From Cyanophyceae cyanobacterium (GTDB lineage Bacteria > Cyanobacteriota > Cyanobacteriia > Cyanobacteriales > JBHJGN01): 64,000 bases of DNA. Location of the stretch: the NCBI GenBank assembly GCA_050331735.1, contig JBHJGN010000001.1, positions 73,661 through 137,660 on the forward strand, in the 5' to 3' direction. Shown here piece by piece: positions 1 through 11,390 of this stretch (its first letter is position 1; every line of letters starts with the position of its first letter). Both the position numbers and the translations under genes were made by a program. The notes below the pieces were generated by a model. That model saw only the letters and a list, made by a program, of their open reading frames with translations, made no database searches and was not told the DNA's origin.

Positions 1-1557
1 TCCATCGATCAAGCTGGCATTGATATTCTCTCCCAAGTTGCCCAGGTTGATGTCAAAACAGGTCTTCCTCCTGAAGAACTCGCTAAAATTATTCCCGAAT
101 ACGATGCCTTAATGCTCCGCTCTGGAACCAAAGTCACCCAAGAGGTGATTGAGGCTGGCACTCGATTGAAGATCATTGGACGGGCTGGAGTAGGCGTTGA
201 CAATATTGATGTCCCGAGCGCCACTCGCTATGGCATTGTGGTGGTTAACTCTCCTGAAGGCAATACGATTGCCGCCGCCGAACACGCTCTGGCCATGATG
301 CTTTCTCTTTCTCGCTACATTCCAGAAGCAAATCAGTCGGTCAAAGCCGGCAAGTGGGAACGCAAAAAATTTATTGGCTCTGAAGTTTATAAAAAGACGC
401 TCGGAGTGGTCGGTTTAGGAAAAATTGGCGCTCATGTGGCGACTGTCGGGCGCTCCATGGGCATGAAACTGCTGGCTTACGACCCGTTTATTTCCAAAGA
501 GCGAGCCGACCAGCTCGGCTGTAGCCTTGTCGATCTAGATCTCCTCTTTACGGAATCAGACTATATCACCCTCCACGTTCCCAAAACCCCAGAAACCACT
601 CATCTGATTAACGCTCAAACTCTGGCCAAAATGAAGCCCGCGGCTCGACTGATTAACTGCTCTCGCGGCGGGATTATTGATGAGGACGCTCTTGTTGAGG
701 CGATCGCCGCTAAGAAAATTGCCGGTGCAGCCCTCGATGTCTATGAAACAGAGCCATTGGGGGAATCACGGCTCAAAGACATGGGGAGCAACGTTGTCCT
801 CACTCCCCACCTCGGAGCCTCGACAGCAGAAGCCCAGGTTAATGTTGCTATTGATGTGGCCGAACAAATTAGAGACGTAATTTTGGGGCTGCCTGCCCGG
901 TCTGCGGTGAACATTCCCGGGCTGAATCCGGACGTAATGGAGAAACTGAGACCTTACCTGAAAATGGCAGAAACGCTCGGAAAGCTGGTGGGTCAATTAG
1001 CCGGGGGCAGAATCGAGCAGCTCAACGTTCGTCTTCAGGGAGATTTAGCCAGCAACGCCAGCCAACCGCTCGTTGTAGCAGCCATCAAAGGTTTGTTAAC
1101 TCCGGCCCTGCGGGAGCGGGTAAACTACGTTAACGCCAGTATTGAAGCCAAAGAGCGAGGCATTCGGGTTGTAGAAACGAGAGATGCGTCGATGCGAGAT
1201 TACTCCGGCTCGCTGCATCTAGAGGCCAAAGGCTCCCTCGGACAGCATTCAGTGATGGGTACGCTCCTCAGTGACGGAGAAATTCGGATTACAAATCTGG
1301 ACGAATTTCCGATCAATGTGCCTCCGAGCGGTCACATGCTGTTTACCCTACACCGGGATATGCCGGGAATCATTGGTAAAATCGGGTCTTTGCTGGGCAG
1401 CTTTAACGTCAACATTGCCAGTATGCAGGTAGGACGCAAAATCGTGCGCGGCGACGCGGTGATGGTGCTCAGCCTTGACGATCCGCTCCCAGACGGGCTG
1501 CTCTCAGAAATCACTAAAGTCGCCGGAATCAGAGATGCCTACACCGTACAGCTTTAA
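1..1557 (+). CDS. serA: D-3-phosphoglycerate dehydrogenase (5' end outside window)
   Basis: Frame open from base 1; GRAGVGVDNID, GxGxIG NAD motif, TPHLGAST, C-terminal ACT domain (HRDMPGIIGKIG). Confidence 0.97.
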   Translation, partial: SIDQAGIDILSQVAQVDVKTGLPPEELAKIIPEYDALMLRSGTKVTQEVIEAGTRLKIIGRAGVGVDNIDVPSATRYGIVVVNSPEGNTIAAAEHALAMMLSLSRYIPEANQSVKAGKWERKKFIGSEVYKKTLGVVGLGKIGAHVATVGRSMGMKLLAYDPFISKERADQLGCSLVDLDLLFTESDYITLHVPKTPETTHLINAQTLAKMKPAARLINCSRGGIIDEDALVEAIAAKKIAGAALDVYETEPLGESRLKDMGSNVVLTPHLGASTAEAQVNVAIDVAEQIRDVILGLPARSAVNIPGLNPDVMEKLRPYLKMAETLGKLVGQLAGGRIEQLNVRLQGDLASNASQPLVVAAIKGLLTPALRERVNYVNASIEAKERGIRVVETRDASMRDYSGSLHLEAKGSLGQHSVMGTLLSDGEIRITNLDEFPINVPPSGHMLFTLHRDMPGIIGKIGSLLGSFNVNIASMQVGRKIVRGDAVMVLSLDDPLPDGLLSEITKVAGIRDAYTVQL

Positions 1558-1631
1558 GAATATTAAGAATAATGGACAGAGCGAACAATTAGTAGACAGG
1601 CTCATTGATAATTGCTCATCGGTCACTAAAT

Positions 1632-2504
1632 ATGCGCTGGTGGAAAATAGAAGTTCAGTGTAGTCCCGAACAGGAGGAGTCTGTTTTTTATCGACTAGAC
1701 GAATTTGGCTGTCGCGGGACGGCAACAGAGGTTCAAGGGGAAACGCTTTGGGTGCGCGGCTATCTTCCCCAGGAAGAAACAGCGGTTGCCGAGCTAGAGG
1801 CGCTGGCGCAGCGGCTTAGGAAAGATGCGGCGGAGCTATGGCGATCACCACTCATCGATTGGGACTCTCTAGACGAAGAGGACTGGGCAAATAGCTGGAA
1901 GCAGGACTGGCAGCCAACCCCCGTTGGCGATCGCTTTTTGGTGTGTCCGGCTTGGCTCTCGCCTGCTCCTGACGAGCAGCGCACGGTCATTCGCCTCGAT
2001 CCGGGGGCGGCTTTTGGCACCGGAACCCATCCGACAACGCAGCTTTGCCTAGCCGCGCTCGCAAGCTGCCTTAACGAGGCTCCGCTCCTCGCCGATATTG
2101 GCTGTGGCTCTGGGATTCTCTCGATTGGTGCGCTCTTGCTGGGGGCACAACGAGTCTATGCGGTCGATTTAGATCCCCTCGCCGTTAGCGCTACGGCTAA
2201 TAATCGACAGCTAAACCACCTTGAAGAGACTCGTCTGCTTGTAGAGCAAGGCAGTATTGAAAAGATAGCGGAAAAGGTTGACGGGGTAATGTGCAATATT
2301 TTAGCTCCTGTGATCGTCCAATTGATTCCGCAACTGTCGAGGATTACGAAACCGCATAGTTGGGGGCTGCTGAGCGGAATTTTGGGGCGCCAAGTCAACG
2401 ACGTTGCTGCTGTTTTGCAGCAGCATCGCTGGACCATTGCTCAGCATTGGCAGCAGCAAGAGTGGAGTTGCCTCAAAATTGTTCAAAACTTGAATAAAGA
2501 TTAA
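1632..2504 (+). CDS. prmA: Ribosomal protein L11 methyltransferase
   Basis: EEDWANSWK, LDPGAAFGTGTHPTT, DIGCGSGIL; ATG at 1632 preferred. Confidence 0.95.
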   Translation: MRWWKIEVQCSPEQEESVFYRLDEFGCRGTATEVQGETLWVRGYLPQEETAVAELEALAQRLRKDAAELWRSPLIDWDSLDEEDWANSWKQDWQPTPVGDRFLVCPAWLSPAPDEQRTVIRLDPGAAFGTGTHPTTQLCLAALASCLNEAPLLADIGCGSGILSIGALLLGAQRVYAVDLDPLAVSATANNRQLNHLEETRLLVEQGSIEKIAEKVDGVMCNILAPVIVQLIPQLSRITKPHSWGLLSGILGRQVNDVAAVLQQHRWTIAQHWQQQEWSCLKIVQNLNKD

Positions 2505-2694
2505 TATTTTCTGGAAAATCTATTCTTACTCGTTGAACTGCGCGTTAAGATAACGAGCTCATCAAAATCAAACGAAAGAACGAAAAAAGAAGCTAAAATA
2601 TTTGAGCTTGCTCAAAGCCGCCACCGGAGTTCACGTCTGGTAGAACGATGAGTTTGAAATATGCTGCCAAGCTAGTCTCCTCTTTATTTCTCGT

Positions 2695-4617
2695 ATGAGC
2701 CAACAATCTAACTTTCTGCCGATTTCTCGACGAACTGCTGTTAAGCTGCTAGGTGTTGGTGCCGTGGGAGGCTTACTAGGGTATTCAAGGTTTGCTAAAC
2801 CTCAGCCATCAGTCTTTGAGCAAGATCGCCTAGAGCTGCCGCCGCGACTGAATCAGCCGAAGACGGCTGTTGTCGTTGGTGCCGGTTTAGCCGGACTCGC
2901 CTGCGCCTACGAACTCAGTCAGCGAGGATTTGCCGTCACCTTGCTGGAGAAGTCGTCTAACCTCGGCGGTAAAGTGGCGAGCTGGCAAATTCGCGTCGGG
3001 GAAGAAGAATTTAGAATGGAGCATGGCTTTCACGGCTTTTTTCCCCAGTACTACAATCTCAATAATCTTGTCCAGGAACTGAACCTCGTCGAGAATTTTA
3101 AATCGTTAGATTTTTACTCTCTCGTTTTCCGAGATGCTGTTTATCAGCCAGAGGTGTTTCGTCCCAGTCACTCGGCCTTTCCGTGGAATATCGTTGATTT
3201 GGCGATCGCTTCTCCCAATCGTTGGCGTTGGGGCATTAATTTAGCCAAGCTCAAGCATCTGGAGGTTTTCCACGAAATTACGGGATTCAAAATTCCGAAA
3301 ACCTTCGATCATCTCGACAGGATGTCGGTGGCTCAGTGGGTTGCTCGAGATTTTCCGCAAGGTCTCTACGATCTCTACTTTCTGCCCTTTGCCAAATCGA
3401 GCCTCAATGCCCCAGACCGCCTCAGCGCCGGAGAACTGCTCCAGTTCTTTCACTTTTATTTCTTTGGCAACCCCGAAGGGCTAGCTTTTAACGGAACTCG
3501 GCAGGATATGGGGACGAGTTTAGTAAAGCCGATTGCGGAAGCGATAGAGCGCAATGGGGGTCGAATCATCACAGAAGCAGCAGTAAGCTCCATTACCTGT
3601 AGCGAGAAGAAGATTGCCTCTGTAAGCTATCAGCAGGGTCATCGGGCGAGTACTATCCCTTTCTGGGTGGAGAGCACAGCGCAAGACAACCAGATGAAAT
3701 ACTACGGTGCGGCTGATACTGTTTTTGCCGCGGCACCAGAAGGGAACGAAGCGCTGTCTCTCAAATGCACCCATCAAGGTTGTACGGTAGGACGACAAGC
3801 CGATGGCACTTTCTTATGTCCGTGTCATGGTGCTCGTTATGATGAGCAAGGACGGGTAGTTAGCGGTCCAGCGACCAGAGATTTACGCCGTTTCCAGATT
3901 ACCGAACGCAACAACCAAGCACTTCAGTTGGTAGCTGACACCTCCCTTGCCTCCCCAGAAGAGACAATCGTCGCTGATTATACGGTGATCGCCACTGACG
4001 TTCCGGGAGTGCAGCAGTTGCTGCGGCTGATGCAGGGAAACGATTGCGGAGTGAAAGCCCAGGTGGAACGATTGGCAGTAGCCGATCCGTTTGCTGTCGC
4101 TCGTTTCTGGTTCGACCAAGATTTTGAGTGGGAACATAGTCATTTCACCTCTCTTTCCGGCTATCAGCTCACCGACAGTATTACTCTTTATCACCGCATC
4201 CAGGATCAGTTTATTGACTGGGCGCAGCGCACCGGAGGCAGCGTCGTAGAGCTACACGCCTACTGTTACAAAGAGAAGGAGTTTCCGACTCAACAAGCGT
4301 TGCTATGCACCTTTGAGCAGGAACTCTATGAAATTGTTCCCGCTTTAGCCCAGGCAAAGATGCTGCACCGGGAATTGGTTAACCAGAAGAATTTTTCTGG
4401 CTATCCTCCGAACAGCTACGATGAGCGTCCTGAAACCACCACTCAAATTCCTAATTTAGTTTTTGCTGGAGACTGGGTAAAAATGCCGTTTCCCTGCGGC
4501 TTGATGGAGCGAGCCGTCAGCAGTGGCTTGCTGGCCGCCAATGCGATTCTTCATCGGGAAGGATTGCAAAGAAAGACGCTGCTATCGGTGAATCCCGAGG
4601 GAGTATTTAAAATTTAG
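2695..4617 (+). CDS. cruE: CrtU/CruE-type carotenoid desaturase/methyltransferase: FAD oxidoreductase with inserted Rieske domain
   Basis: SRRTAVK Tat-like N-terminus, [13 protein letters not shown] motif, MEHGFHGFF, Rieske CTHQGC...CPCHG, AGDW...MERAVSSG. Confidence 0.75.
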   Translation: MSQQSNFLPISRRTAVKLLGVGAVGGLLGYSRFAKPQPSVFEQDRLELPPRLNQPKTAVVVGAGLAGLACAYELSQRGFAVTLLEKSSNLGGKVASWQIRVGEEEFRMEHGFHGFFPQYYNLNNLVQELNLVENFKSLDFYSLVFRDAVYQPEVFRPSHSAFPWNIVDLAIASPNRWRWGINLAKLKHLEVFHEITGFKIPKTFDHLDRMSVAQWVARDFPQGLYDLYFLPFAKSSLNAPDRLSAGELLQFFHFYFFGNPEGLAFNGTRQDMGTSLVKPIAEAIERNGGRIITEAAVSSITCSEKKIASVSYQQGHRASTIPFWVESTAQDNQMKYYGAADTVFAAAPEGNEALSLKCTHQGCTVGRQADGTFLCPCHGARYDEQGRVVSGPATRDLRRFQITERNNQALQLVADTSLASPEETIVADYTVIATDVPGVQQLLRLMQGNDCGVKAQVERLAVADPFAVARFWFDQDFEWEHSHFTSLSGYQLTDSITLYHRIQDQFIDWAQRTGGSVVELHAYCYKEKEFPTQQALLCTFEQELYEIVPALAQAKMLHRELVNQKNFSGYPPNSYDERPETTTQIPNLVFAGDWVKMPFPCGLMERAVSSGLLAANAILHREGLQRKTLLSVNPEGVFKI

Positions 4618-4732
4618 CTAAACCAGAAGCAAAAGAGCCCCATTGTGGAGAAACGGTAATCAGGGCAGCAGAGTCAAAATTTTTTCTAGCCAGCCGTAGC
4701 GTCCCCACAGAAGCGTGACTCATGACCCTTAA

Positions 4733-7186
4733 TCAGGTTAACACGTCTCCTCCCATCATCCGCTGATAGCGAACCTCCAGCTCTTGCTTCAAAGACGGCA
4801 TCTTTTTCAACGAGGCATCGGCTAGAATCAGTTTTTCTGCCGCCTCCCGCGCTAAATTTAATACTTCCTGATCTTCGACTAAACTTGCTAACGCAAAATC
4901 CGGCAGCCCTGACTGACGCTTGCCTAATACCTCTCCAGGACCGCGAAAGCGCAGATCCATTTCTGAGATGAAAAAGCCATCTTGAGACTGTTCCAAGACG
5001 CCGAGCCGCTGCCGCGAGTCTGGAGTCTTGCTGGTGCTCATCAGCAAGCAGTAGGATTTATGGGAGCCGCGCCCTACCCGCCCTCGAAGCTGATGCAGTT
5101 GCGATAACCCAAACCGTTCCGCATTTTCAATCAGCATCACGGTCGCGTTGGGAACGTCAACGCCGACCTCAATCACCGTCGTTGAAACGATAATTTGAGT
5201 AGCATTATCCCGAAACGCCGACAGTGCCTCCTCCTTTTCTACTGCGCTCATCCGTCCGTGGAGCAAGCCGACCTGAAACTCACAGAAAATGCTTTCCGAA
5301 AGGCGCTGATGTTCCTCGACGGCGGCCCGCACGTCGAGCTTTTCTGATTCTTCGATCATCGGCAAAATAATGTAGGCCTGCCGTCCCTGCGCTACTTCCC
5401 GGCGAATCAAGTCATAGGCCTGGAGACGTTCTTTGCCAGCGAGGACAGAGGTTTGAATCGGCTGACGACCGGGGGGCAGTTCGTCTACCTGGCTAACATC
5501 TAAATCACCGTGGAGAGTGAGCGCTAGCGTTCGAGGAATGGGGGTGGCCGTCATCGTGAGCACGTGGGGAGACTGACCCTTGGCCAGCAACCGAGAGCGC
5601 TGCTGCACTCCAAAGCGGTGCTGTTCGTCGATTACCACTAGCCCTAACTGACTAAAATTCACGGGGTCTTGAATTAGAGCATGAGTACCAACCAGTAACG
5701 GGAGTTCCCCAGTGGCTAGCTGCGCGTAAATTTCGCGACGTTTCGCTGTTTTAGTCGATCCCGTCAGCAGCTCTACGGGGAGGTGCAGCAGATTAAACCA
5801 GCCCACTAGCTTCCGGTAGTGTTGCTCGGCTAACACCTCCGTTGGAGCCATCAGCGCCGCCTGATACCCCGACTGAATGGCGGCTAAAATCGCAAACACC
5901 GCGACAACGGTCTTGCCCGAGCCCACATCTCCCTGCACGAGCCGATTCATCGGCGTGGCCGATTGGAGATCTTGCAAAATGTCGCTAATCACTCGCTCTT
6001 GCGCTCCTGTGAGCGCAAACGGCAGCAGCCGCTGAAACTTCTCAATCAGTTGACCTTTGGGGAGCAACACGGCGCTGTGTTGCTCTCGCCGCTGCTGCTG
6101 GCGGCGCTCCAAAAAACCAAGCTGGAGGTAAAAAAATTCGTCAAACACCAACCGCCGTCTGGCGTGGGCGAGGGCAGTGTGCTCCTTGGGAAAATGAATA
6201 TTGGCGATCGCCTCGGGCAGGGGAACTAAACCGTACTGACGGCGAAGGCGAGCGGGCAGGGGGTCTTTAAGCTGCTCTAGGGCAGGCAGACAAGCGACAA
6301 CCGCTTTGCGCACAGCATCGGCGGCAATGCCTTCGCTCAGCGGGTAAACCGGCAGCACTCGCCCGATTTTCAGCGAGTCAATGTTGGCGCCGGGACTGTC
6401 AAGGACTTCGATTTCGGGGTCTTCCAGGGTCAGGCCGTACTTATTTTGCTTAACTAACCCTGAAGCGGCGACCGCTGCCCCCGGAGGGTACTGACGCTTC
6501 AGCTTTTGCTGCCAGCCCCGGTTACTAAAGCGAGCGCCTGCAAAAAAGCGGCTGAGCTTAAGCTGTCCGGTTGGGTCTTTGAGCAGGAGTTCAAAAATGG
6601 TCAGCTTTTTATTTTTTGGGCTGCTGAAGCAGTTGCAGCGCTTCACTGTTCCCACGACGGTCACGGATTCCCCGGGCACGAGGTGGGCCACCGCGACCTG
6701 ACGAGCGTAATCGATGTGGTCTCGCGGATAGTAAAACAGCACATCTCGGACTTGGTAGAGGCCAAGACGCTCGAGCTGCTTGCTGCGGGTGCGCCCGATG
6801 TCTGGGACTCCGCTGAGCGGCGCATCAAGCGCGATCGCCCGCTGGGATAGAGGCAGGGAGCGAGTACGGGGGAGCTTCGGCGGAGGCGGTTCTGAAGAAG
6901 CGTCGAGGTTTTGCTTGAGCTGAAGCAAAAAGCGGCGAGCGTCAGCAACTAAGTGCTGGCGCTGAGCCAGAGACATTTGAGAGTAGCGGGCAAACTGAGT
7001 CGCCATTTCCTGCCAGCGACGGCGCTCCTGAGACGACCCGAGCGAGAGAGATTTGCCAAAGCTGAGGCACAAAAACTCGCTGAAGCGGTAACGATGCCCC
7101 TGTAAATCGCTGAATCCCCGTTCCGCCTCTACTGAAAGCGCTTTTTGTAAGCGAACCCAATCTGGTGTTTCTCCTACATTGGTCAT
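4733..7186 (-). CDS. recG: ATP-dependent DNA helicase RecG
   Basis: QGDVGSGKT, DEQHRFG, MTATPIPRTL, QLRGRVGRG. Confidence 0.97.
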   Translation of the reverse strand: MTNVGETPDWVRLQKALSVEAERGFSDLQGHRYRFSEFLCLSFGKSLSLGSSQERRRWQEMATQFARYSQMSLAQRQHLVADARRFLLQLKQNLDASSEPPPPKLPRTRSLPLSQRAIALDAPLSGVPDIGRTRSKQLERLGLYQVRDVLFYYPRDHIDYARQVAVAHLVPGESVTVVGTVKRCNCFSSPKNKKLTIFELLLKDPTGQLKLSRFFAGARFSNRGWQQKLKRQYPPGAAVAASGLVKQNKYGLTLEDPEIEVLDSPGANIDSLKIGRVLPVYPLSEGIAADAVRKAVVACLPALEQLKDPLPARLRRQYGLVPLPEAIANIHFPKEHTALAHARRRLVFDEFFYLQLGFLERRQQQRREQHSAVLLPKGQLIEKFQRLLPFALTGAQERVISDILQDLQSATPMNRLVQGDVGSGKTVVAVFAILAAIQSGYQAALMAPTEVLAEQHYRKLVGWFNLLHLPVELLTGSTKTAKRREIYAQLATGELPLLVGTHALIQDPVNFSQLGLVVIDEQHRFGVQQRSRLLAKGQSPHVLTMTATPIPRTLALTLHGDLDVSQVDELPPGRQPIQTSVLAGKERLQAYDLIRREVAQGRQAYIILPMIEESEKLDVRAAVEEHQRLSESIFCEFQVGLLHGRMSAVEKEEALSAFRDNATQIIVSTTVIEVGVDVPNATVMLIENAERFGLSQLHQLRGRVGRGSHKSYCLLMSTSKTPDSRQRLGVLEQSQDGFFISEMDLRFRGPGEVLGKRQSGLPDFALASLVEDQEVLNLAREAAEKLILADASLKKMPSLKQELEVRYQRMMGGDVLT

Positions 7187-7328
7187 CGTTCTCTGTTGAG
7201 TGTTGAGTCAAGACCACTTAGTTTGGATAAGCTCTTGGCGGTTAGCGGCAGCCGCCTACTCAGAGCTAGTGACGTTCAGCTTCTGGAGCACTTCCCACTC
7301 TCTCATCACTGTTTCTCTCCTGCCTCAG

Positions 7329-8216
7329 TTAACGATCGAACCAGCTTGCTCGCCAGGCGGCTTCGGCCTCGGCGATGGCATACTCGCGCCGCAGGCGACG
7401 ATACTGCTGTCGGAGTTGGCGAATGCGCTCGGCTAATCGCCGAATTTTCTGACGCTTGGTAGTTAAACCCGGTTCAGAAAATTCTATTTCTGACCGACGC
7501 AGCCGAATTGCTGTAATTTTAGCAACGGTTGACTTTTGCGATCGCTCGTTTTCGGCTTCAACGAGCAAATGAAGCAAGTTAGGCGGACTACTGACGGCGC
7601 TAGCTTCTTCAGACATCGCTACCTCGACCAGCTTTGGCGGGAGCTGATCTGGCAGAATTTTCGCTCGCTGTAGCAGACGATTCACTTCTACCGAGAAGTC
7701 AGTCAAAGTCCGATCGATTTTTTGTTCGATTTTTTTCTGCCAGCGACTCAGGTTTTCTGGGTTTTTTTCTCTATCTGCGTCATCCACTTCATCAAAGCTG
7801 GCTTCTTCCTCGCTCTCATCTTCGCTGGCCAATTCCTCTGTAGCCCCTAGTTCTTCCGCAGCCGATAGTGAAGAGTCTGTCGGCAACTCCTCCAGCAGTT
7901 TTTCCATAATGTTCAGCTCTTGAGAATCTTCTGGCTCTGATTCTCTGAGTAAGGAGAGCTCATCGTGGATCTGCTCTCCTAGTCTCCGTAAATTTTCCTG
8001 AAGCTCTTCTCTTTGCCGTAAGGTCAAGGCCAGAAATGACTGAGGATAGATTTGAGTACAAACTTGGTAGCAAGCCAGAGCTATCTGCTTGCGCGCTGCT
8101 TGACCGAGTAGATTCAAATACTGCTCGTAAAGATTGTTGAGTTCGGTCTCGACGGCTGTTGATGACTCTTCTAAGGCCGTCAGTTCCTGCTGAATTTGCC
8201 CGATTTTCCTGCCCAT
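7329..8216 (-). CDS. Hypothetical coiled-coil protein with acidic linker
   Basis: 295-aa ORF co-oriented between tsf and recG; helical and acidic composition. Confidence 0.75.
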   Translation of the reverse strand: MGRKIGQIQQELTALEESSTAVETELNNLYEQYLNLLGQAARKQIALACYQVCTQIYPQSFLALTLRQREELQENLRRLGEQIHDELSLLRESEPEDSQELNIMEKLLEELPTDSSLSAAEELGATEELASEDESEEEASFDEVDDADREKNPENLSRWQKKIEQKIDRTLTDFSVEVNRLLQRAKILPDQLPPKLVEVAMSEEASAVSSPPNLLHLLVEAENERSQKSTVAKITAIRLRRSEIEFSEPGLTTKRQKIRRLAERIRQLRQQYRRLRREYAIAEAEAAWRASWFDR

Positions 8217-8239
8217 CCTGACTCTAACGTTTTTTTACA

Positions 8240-8277
8240 GGAAAAGGAGCAGCTTGAGGCTCAAGCTACTCTTTCCG
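8240..8277 (-). terminator. Probable intrinsic terminator after tsf
   Basis: Minus-strand hairpin GAGTAGCTTGAG-C-CTCAAGCTGCTC followed by CTTTT. Confidence 0.55.
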
Positions 8278-8347
8278 TATCAGTAGTAAAACTTTTGATC
8301 TACCTATCGAGAACGACTCCTGCAGCCCTTGGTGGTCAAGACTGACC

Positions 8348-9007
8348 CTATTTTGTGCCTGCCTGTGCTGCTACTTCCTCGGCGAAATTACTTTCTTCTT
8401 TCTCAATGCCTTCGCCGAGAACAAAGCGAGCAAAGCGGCGCACCTGAATATTCTCACCGAGTTGGGAGATGTGTTGCTTGACTAATTCTTCCACGGTAAT
8501 GCTTTGGTCGCGGATGTAGGGCTGATCCATCAACGTCAACTCTTTCAGGCGCTTATCAATGCGACCTTGAACGATCTTTTCTTTGATATTGTCGGGTTTT
8601 TTTTGTAAATCATCCCGACCCATTTCAATTTCTTTTTCTTTCTGAATAATTTCCTCAGGAATATCAGTCACCTTGACGTATTCAACATTTTGGTAGGCAG
8701 CTACCTGCATGGCAATGTCGCGTACCAAGGTTTGGAACTCTTCACGCCGGGCCACAAAGTCCGTTTCACAGTTCACTTCGACAAGAACGCCAATTCGTCC
8801 TCCAGTATGGATGTAGCTCTCAATTAATCCCTCGGCAGCAACGCGCCCCGCCTTCTTTTCGGCGGAGGTAATGCCTTTTTGCCGCAGCCACTCTGTGGCT
8901 TTGGTAAAATCTCCACCACTTTCTGTAAGCGCCTTTTTGCAATCCATCATGCCAGCGCCCGTTTTTTCCCGTAGCTCTTTGACAAGTTTTGCCGATATGT
9001 CCGCCAT
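8348..9007 (-). CDS. tsf: Translation elongation factor Ts
   Basis: [26 protein letters not shown]. Confidence 0.98.
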   Translation of the reverse strand: MADISAKLVKELREKTGAGMMDCKKALTESGGDFTKATEWLRQKGITSAEKKAGRVAAEGLIESYIHTGGRIGVLVEVNCETDFVARREEFQTLVRDIAMQVAAYQNVEYVKVTDIPEEIIQKEKEIEMGRDDLQKKPDNIKEKIVQGRIDKRLKELTLMDQPYIRDQSITVEELVKQHISQLGENIQVRRFARFVLGEGIEKEESNFAEEVAAQAGTK

Positions 9008-9091
9008 CTTGTTTTCCTACACTTATACGACCAATTATGAAGACCAGGGTCCGCCTCTATTGTATGAAGCGGAGTTCCTTTGCCATCTTAA

Positions 9092-9901
9092 TTATTCTTC
9101 TTCACTCTTGCCCTCGTCTGCTGCTAGATTGTCTTCGCTCCATTCTTCTGGTTCCTCACCAGCATCAATATCTTCTAAAGATTCTTCAAACTCTTCGTAG
9201 TCCTCGCTCTCGTCGGGTTGACCGTGACGACCTTCATAAATGGCATCGGCTAACTTACCGATAATGAGCTTAATTGAGCGAATGGCATCGTCGTTGGCTG
9301 GAATTGGAACATCTACAGAATCAGGATCGCAGTTTGTATCTAATAAAGAGACAATGGGAAGGCCCAACTTTTGACACTCTAAAACAGCATTGTATTCCCG
9401 ACGGAGATCCACAATCAACACAATATCAGGGATTTTGCGCATTGTTTTGATGCCGCCCAAATATTTTTGAAGTTTCTCCAGCTCGCGGCGCAGCACGGAC
9501 GCTTCTTTTTTCGGGCGCTTGTCGAGGTTTCCACTGTCTTCAAGCTGTTCGAGTTCTTTGAGCCGTTCAATGCGCGACTTAATCGTTTCCCAGTTGGTGA
9601 GCATGCCACCCAGCCAGCGCTGATTGATGTAGTAGGCTCCACAGCGAGCGGCTTCCTGAGCGACAATTCCCGCTGCTTGACGCTTCGTGCCGACAAATAG
9701 AAATCGCTGACCACTTTCAGAGGAGGAGCGAACGTAATCGTAGGCTTCTTCCATCAGTTGAGCGGTTTGCACCAAATCGATAATGTGAACGCCATTGCGG
9801 GCTGTATAAATGTAGGGAGACATTTTGGGGTTCCAGCGACGAGTTTGATGCCCAAAATGAACTCCTGATTCTAAAAGTTCAGCAAGTGAAATAACGGCCA
9901 T
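9092..9901 (-). CDS. rpsB: 30S ribosomal protein S2
   Basis: [35 protein letters not shown]. Confidence 0.98.
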   Translation of the reverse strand: MAVISLAELLESGVHFGHQTRRWNPKMSPYIYTARNGVHIIDLVQTAQLMEEAYDYVRSSSESGQRFLFVGTKRQAAGIVAQEAARCGAYYINQRWLGGMLTNWETIKSRIERLKELEQLEDSGNLDKRPKKEASVLRRELEKLQKYLGGIKTMRKIPDIVLIVDLRREYNAVLECQKLGLPIVSLLDTNCDPDSVDVPIPANDDAIRSIKLIIGKLADAIYEGRHGQPDESEDYEEFEESLEDIDAGEEPEEWSEDNLAADEGKSEEE

Positions 9902-9911
9902 TAATTTTCTC

Positions 9912-10006
9912 CTGTTCGGGTTTATCCTCCATCCAGGCGGTCTCTCGATACAGAAACACCCGAAGCCCTGGATGTGCGAATTTAGACAACTTTTCTAGAA
10001 TAGCAC
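9912..10006 (-). promoter_or_regulatory. rpsB promoter and S2 autoregulatory leader-like RNA
   Basis: Minus strand: extended -10 TGCTATTCT, then CATCCAGG...GGGT...CCTGGATG GAGG ATAAACCC (stem plus GGGU/ACCC pseudoknot elements typical of rpsB leaders). Confidence 0.55.
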
Positions 10007-10235
10007 GGGTCGGAGGGAAACAGATAGATTGGGGATATCGCCAGCCGCAGCTTGGGAAAAGGGGAAGGGGTAAAGGGGAAAGGAAACAATTTTCTATCAA
10101 CAATCAGCCATTAACAATTAACCAGAATGTCAGGTTGCTCAAGCTTTCTAAGCTTGAGAAGCTGAGAAGCTGCCTTCACTCCTAATGACTGAGAGAGTAC
10201 CGCTACACTAAAAGGCAACGATAAAAAATAGCACA

Positions 10236-11363
10236 ATGTCCGAGCGACGCCTGATGATTTCGATAGTTAACCTCCTGCTGGTAGTGGCGGCAGTCTTTTT
10301 TGCTGTATTGGTCTGGCAACTGAGAAGTCTGATTGTGATTTTAATGATTGCGGTGGTGGTTGCTTCTACCCTGGCGCCAATTGTCGCCAGTGTTCAGCGG
10401 CTACGGATTCCCCGTTGGCTAGCCGTGATTCTAGTCTTCCTAGGCTTAATCTCTATTTTGACAGGAGCGGGACTATTAATCGGTCCGACGGTGGTCGCGC
10501 AAATTGAGCGGCTGGCCCGCACCCTGCCGGGGTATCTGGACGTATTGGGCACTCTCGCCCAGGATCTAGCGGTGCGATTTGGCGTGAATGAACCAGAGGC
10601 TTTTGATTTAATCAATCAACTCTTCGATATTCAGTCTCTAACGGCTTGGGCTTTTCGGTCCAGCCAGCAGCTACTAGTGCGCTCGGTGGGAGTAACGCGG
10701 GGTCTCCTCGGTGGAGTGTTCAATCTGATTTTGGCACTGTTGCTCTCTGGCTATATGCTTGCTGGCTCCAGCAAGCTGATTGACGGCCTCGTCAGTCTAT
10801 TTCCGAAGCCCTGGGACGATCGCCTAGCGGCGCAGGTAGCTCCTGTCAGTCAGCGTATGGGAGGATATATTCAAGGTCGGCTGCTTGTATCGTCAATTTT
10901 AGCGATGGCGGTTAGCTTCGGCCTGATTGTTCTCGGCATTCCCGAATTTGCCCTCGGTTTAGGCGTTATTGCCGGATTTACCAATTTAATCCCCTTTTTT
11001 GGTCCGTTCTTAGGAGCTATCCCGGCCCTAATCGTCGCCGTTGCCCAAGGAGGCTTAACCTTTCTGTGGGTGTTGCTGCTGTTTGTGATTATTCAAAATC
11101 TAGAAACCTACGTGCTCGATCCGCTGCTGGTGGGATCTTCAGTGAGGGTGGCTCCACTGTATCAGCTCTTAGCGGTGTTAGGCGGCGTTCAGGTTTTGGG
11201 TATCATCGGAGCATTAATTGTGCCTCCGTGGGTCGCTGGTGCTGCGGTGGTTTTAGAAAATCTCTATCTCAAGCCGAAGTTACGAGCCGAGCAAACTATC
11301 GCCAGTCCGTCTTCAACCTTGACGGCGGCAGAACCGGAAGCGAGTCCCGTTTCTACCCAGTAA
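10236..11363 (+). CDS. AI-2E family transporter
   Basis: Multi-TM; GFTNLIPFFGPFLGAIP, QNLETYVLDPLLVG. Confidence 0.9.
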   Translation: MSERRLMISIVNLLLVVAAVFFAVLVWQLRSLIVILMIAVVVASTLAPIVASVQRLRIPRWLAVILVFLGLISILTGAGLLIGPTVVAQIERLARTLPGYLDVLGTLAQDLAVRFGVNEPEAFDLINQLFDIQSLTAWAFRSSQQLLVRSVGVTRGLLGGVFNLILALLLSGYMLAGSSKLIDGLVSLFPKPWDDRLAAQVAPVSQRMGGYIQGRLLVSSILAMAVSFGLIVLGIPEFALGLGVIAGFTNLIPFFGPFLGAIPALIVAVAQGGLTFLWVLLLFVIIQNLETYVLDPLLVGSSVRVAPLYQLLAVLGGVQVLGIIGALIVPPWVAGAAVVLENLYLKPKLRAEQTIASPSSTLTAAEPEASPVSTQ

Positions 11364-11390
11364 ATCAGTCTCAATCGGGAATGACTAACC

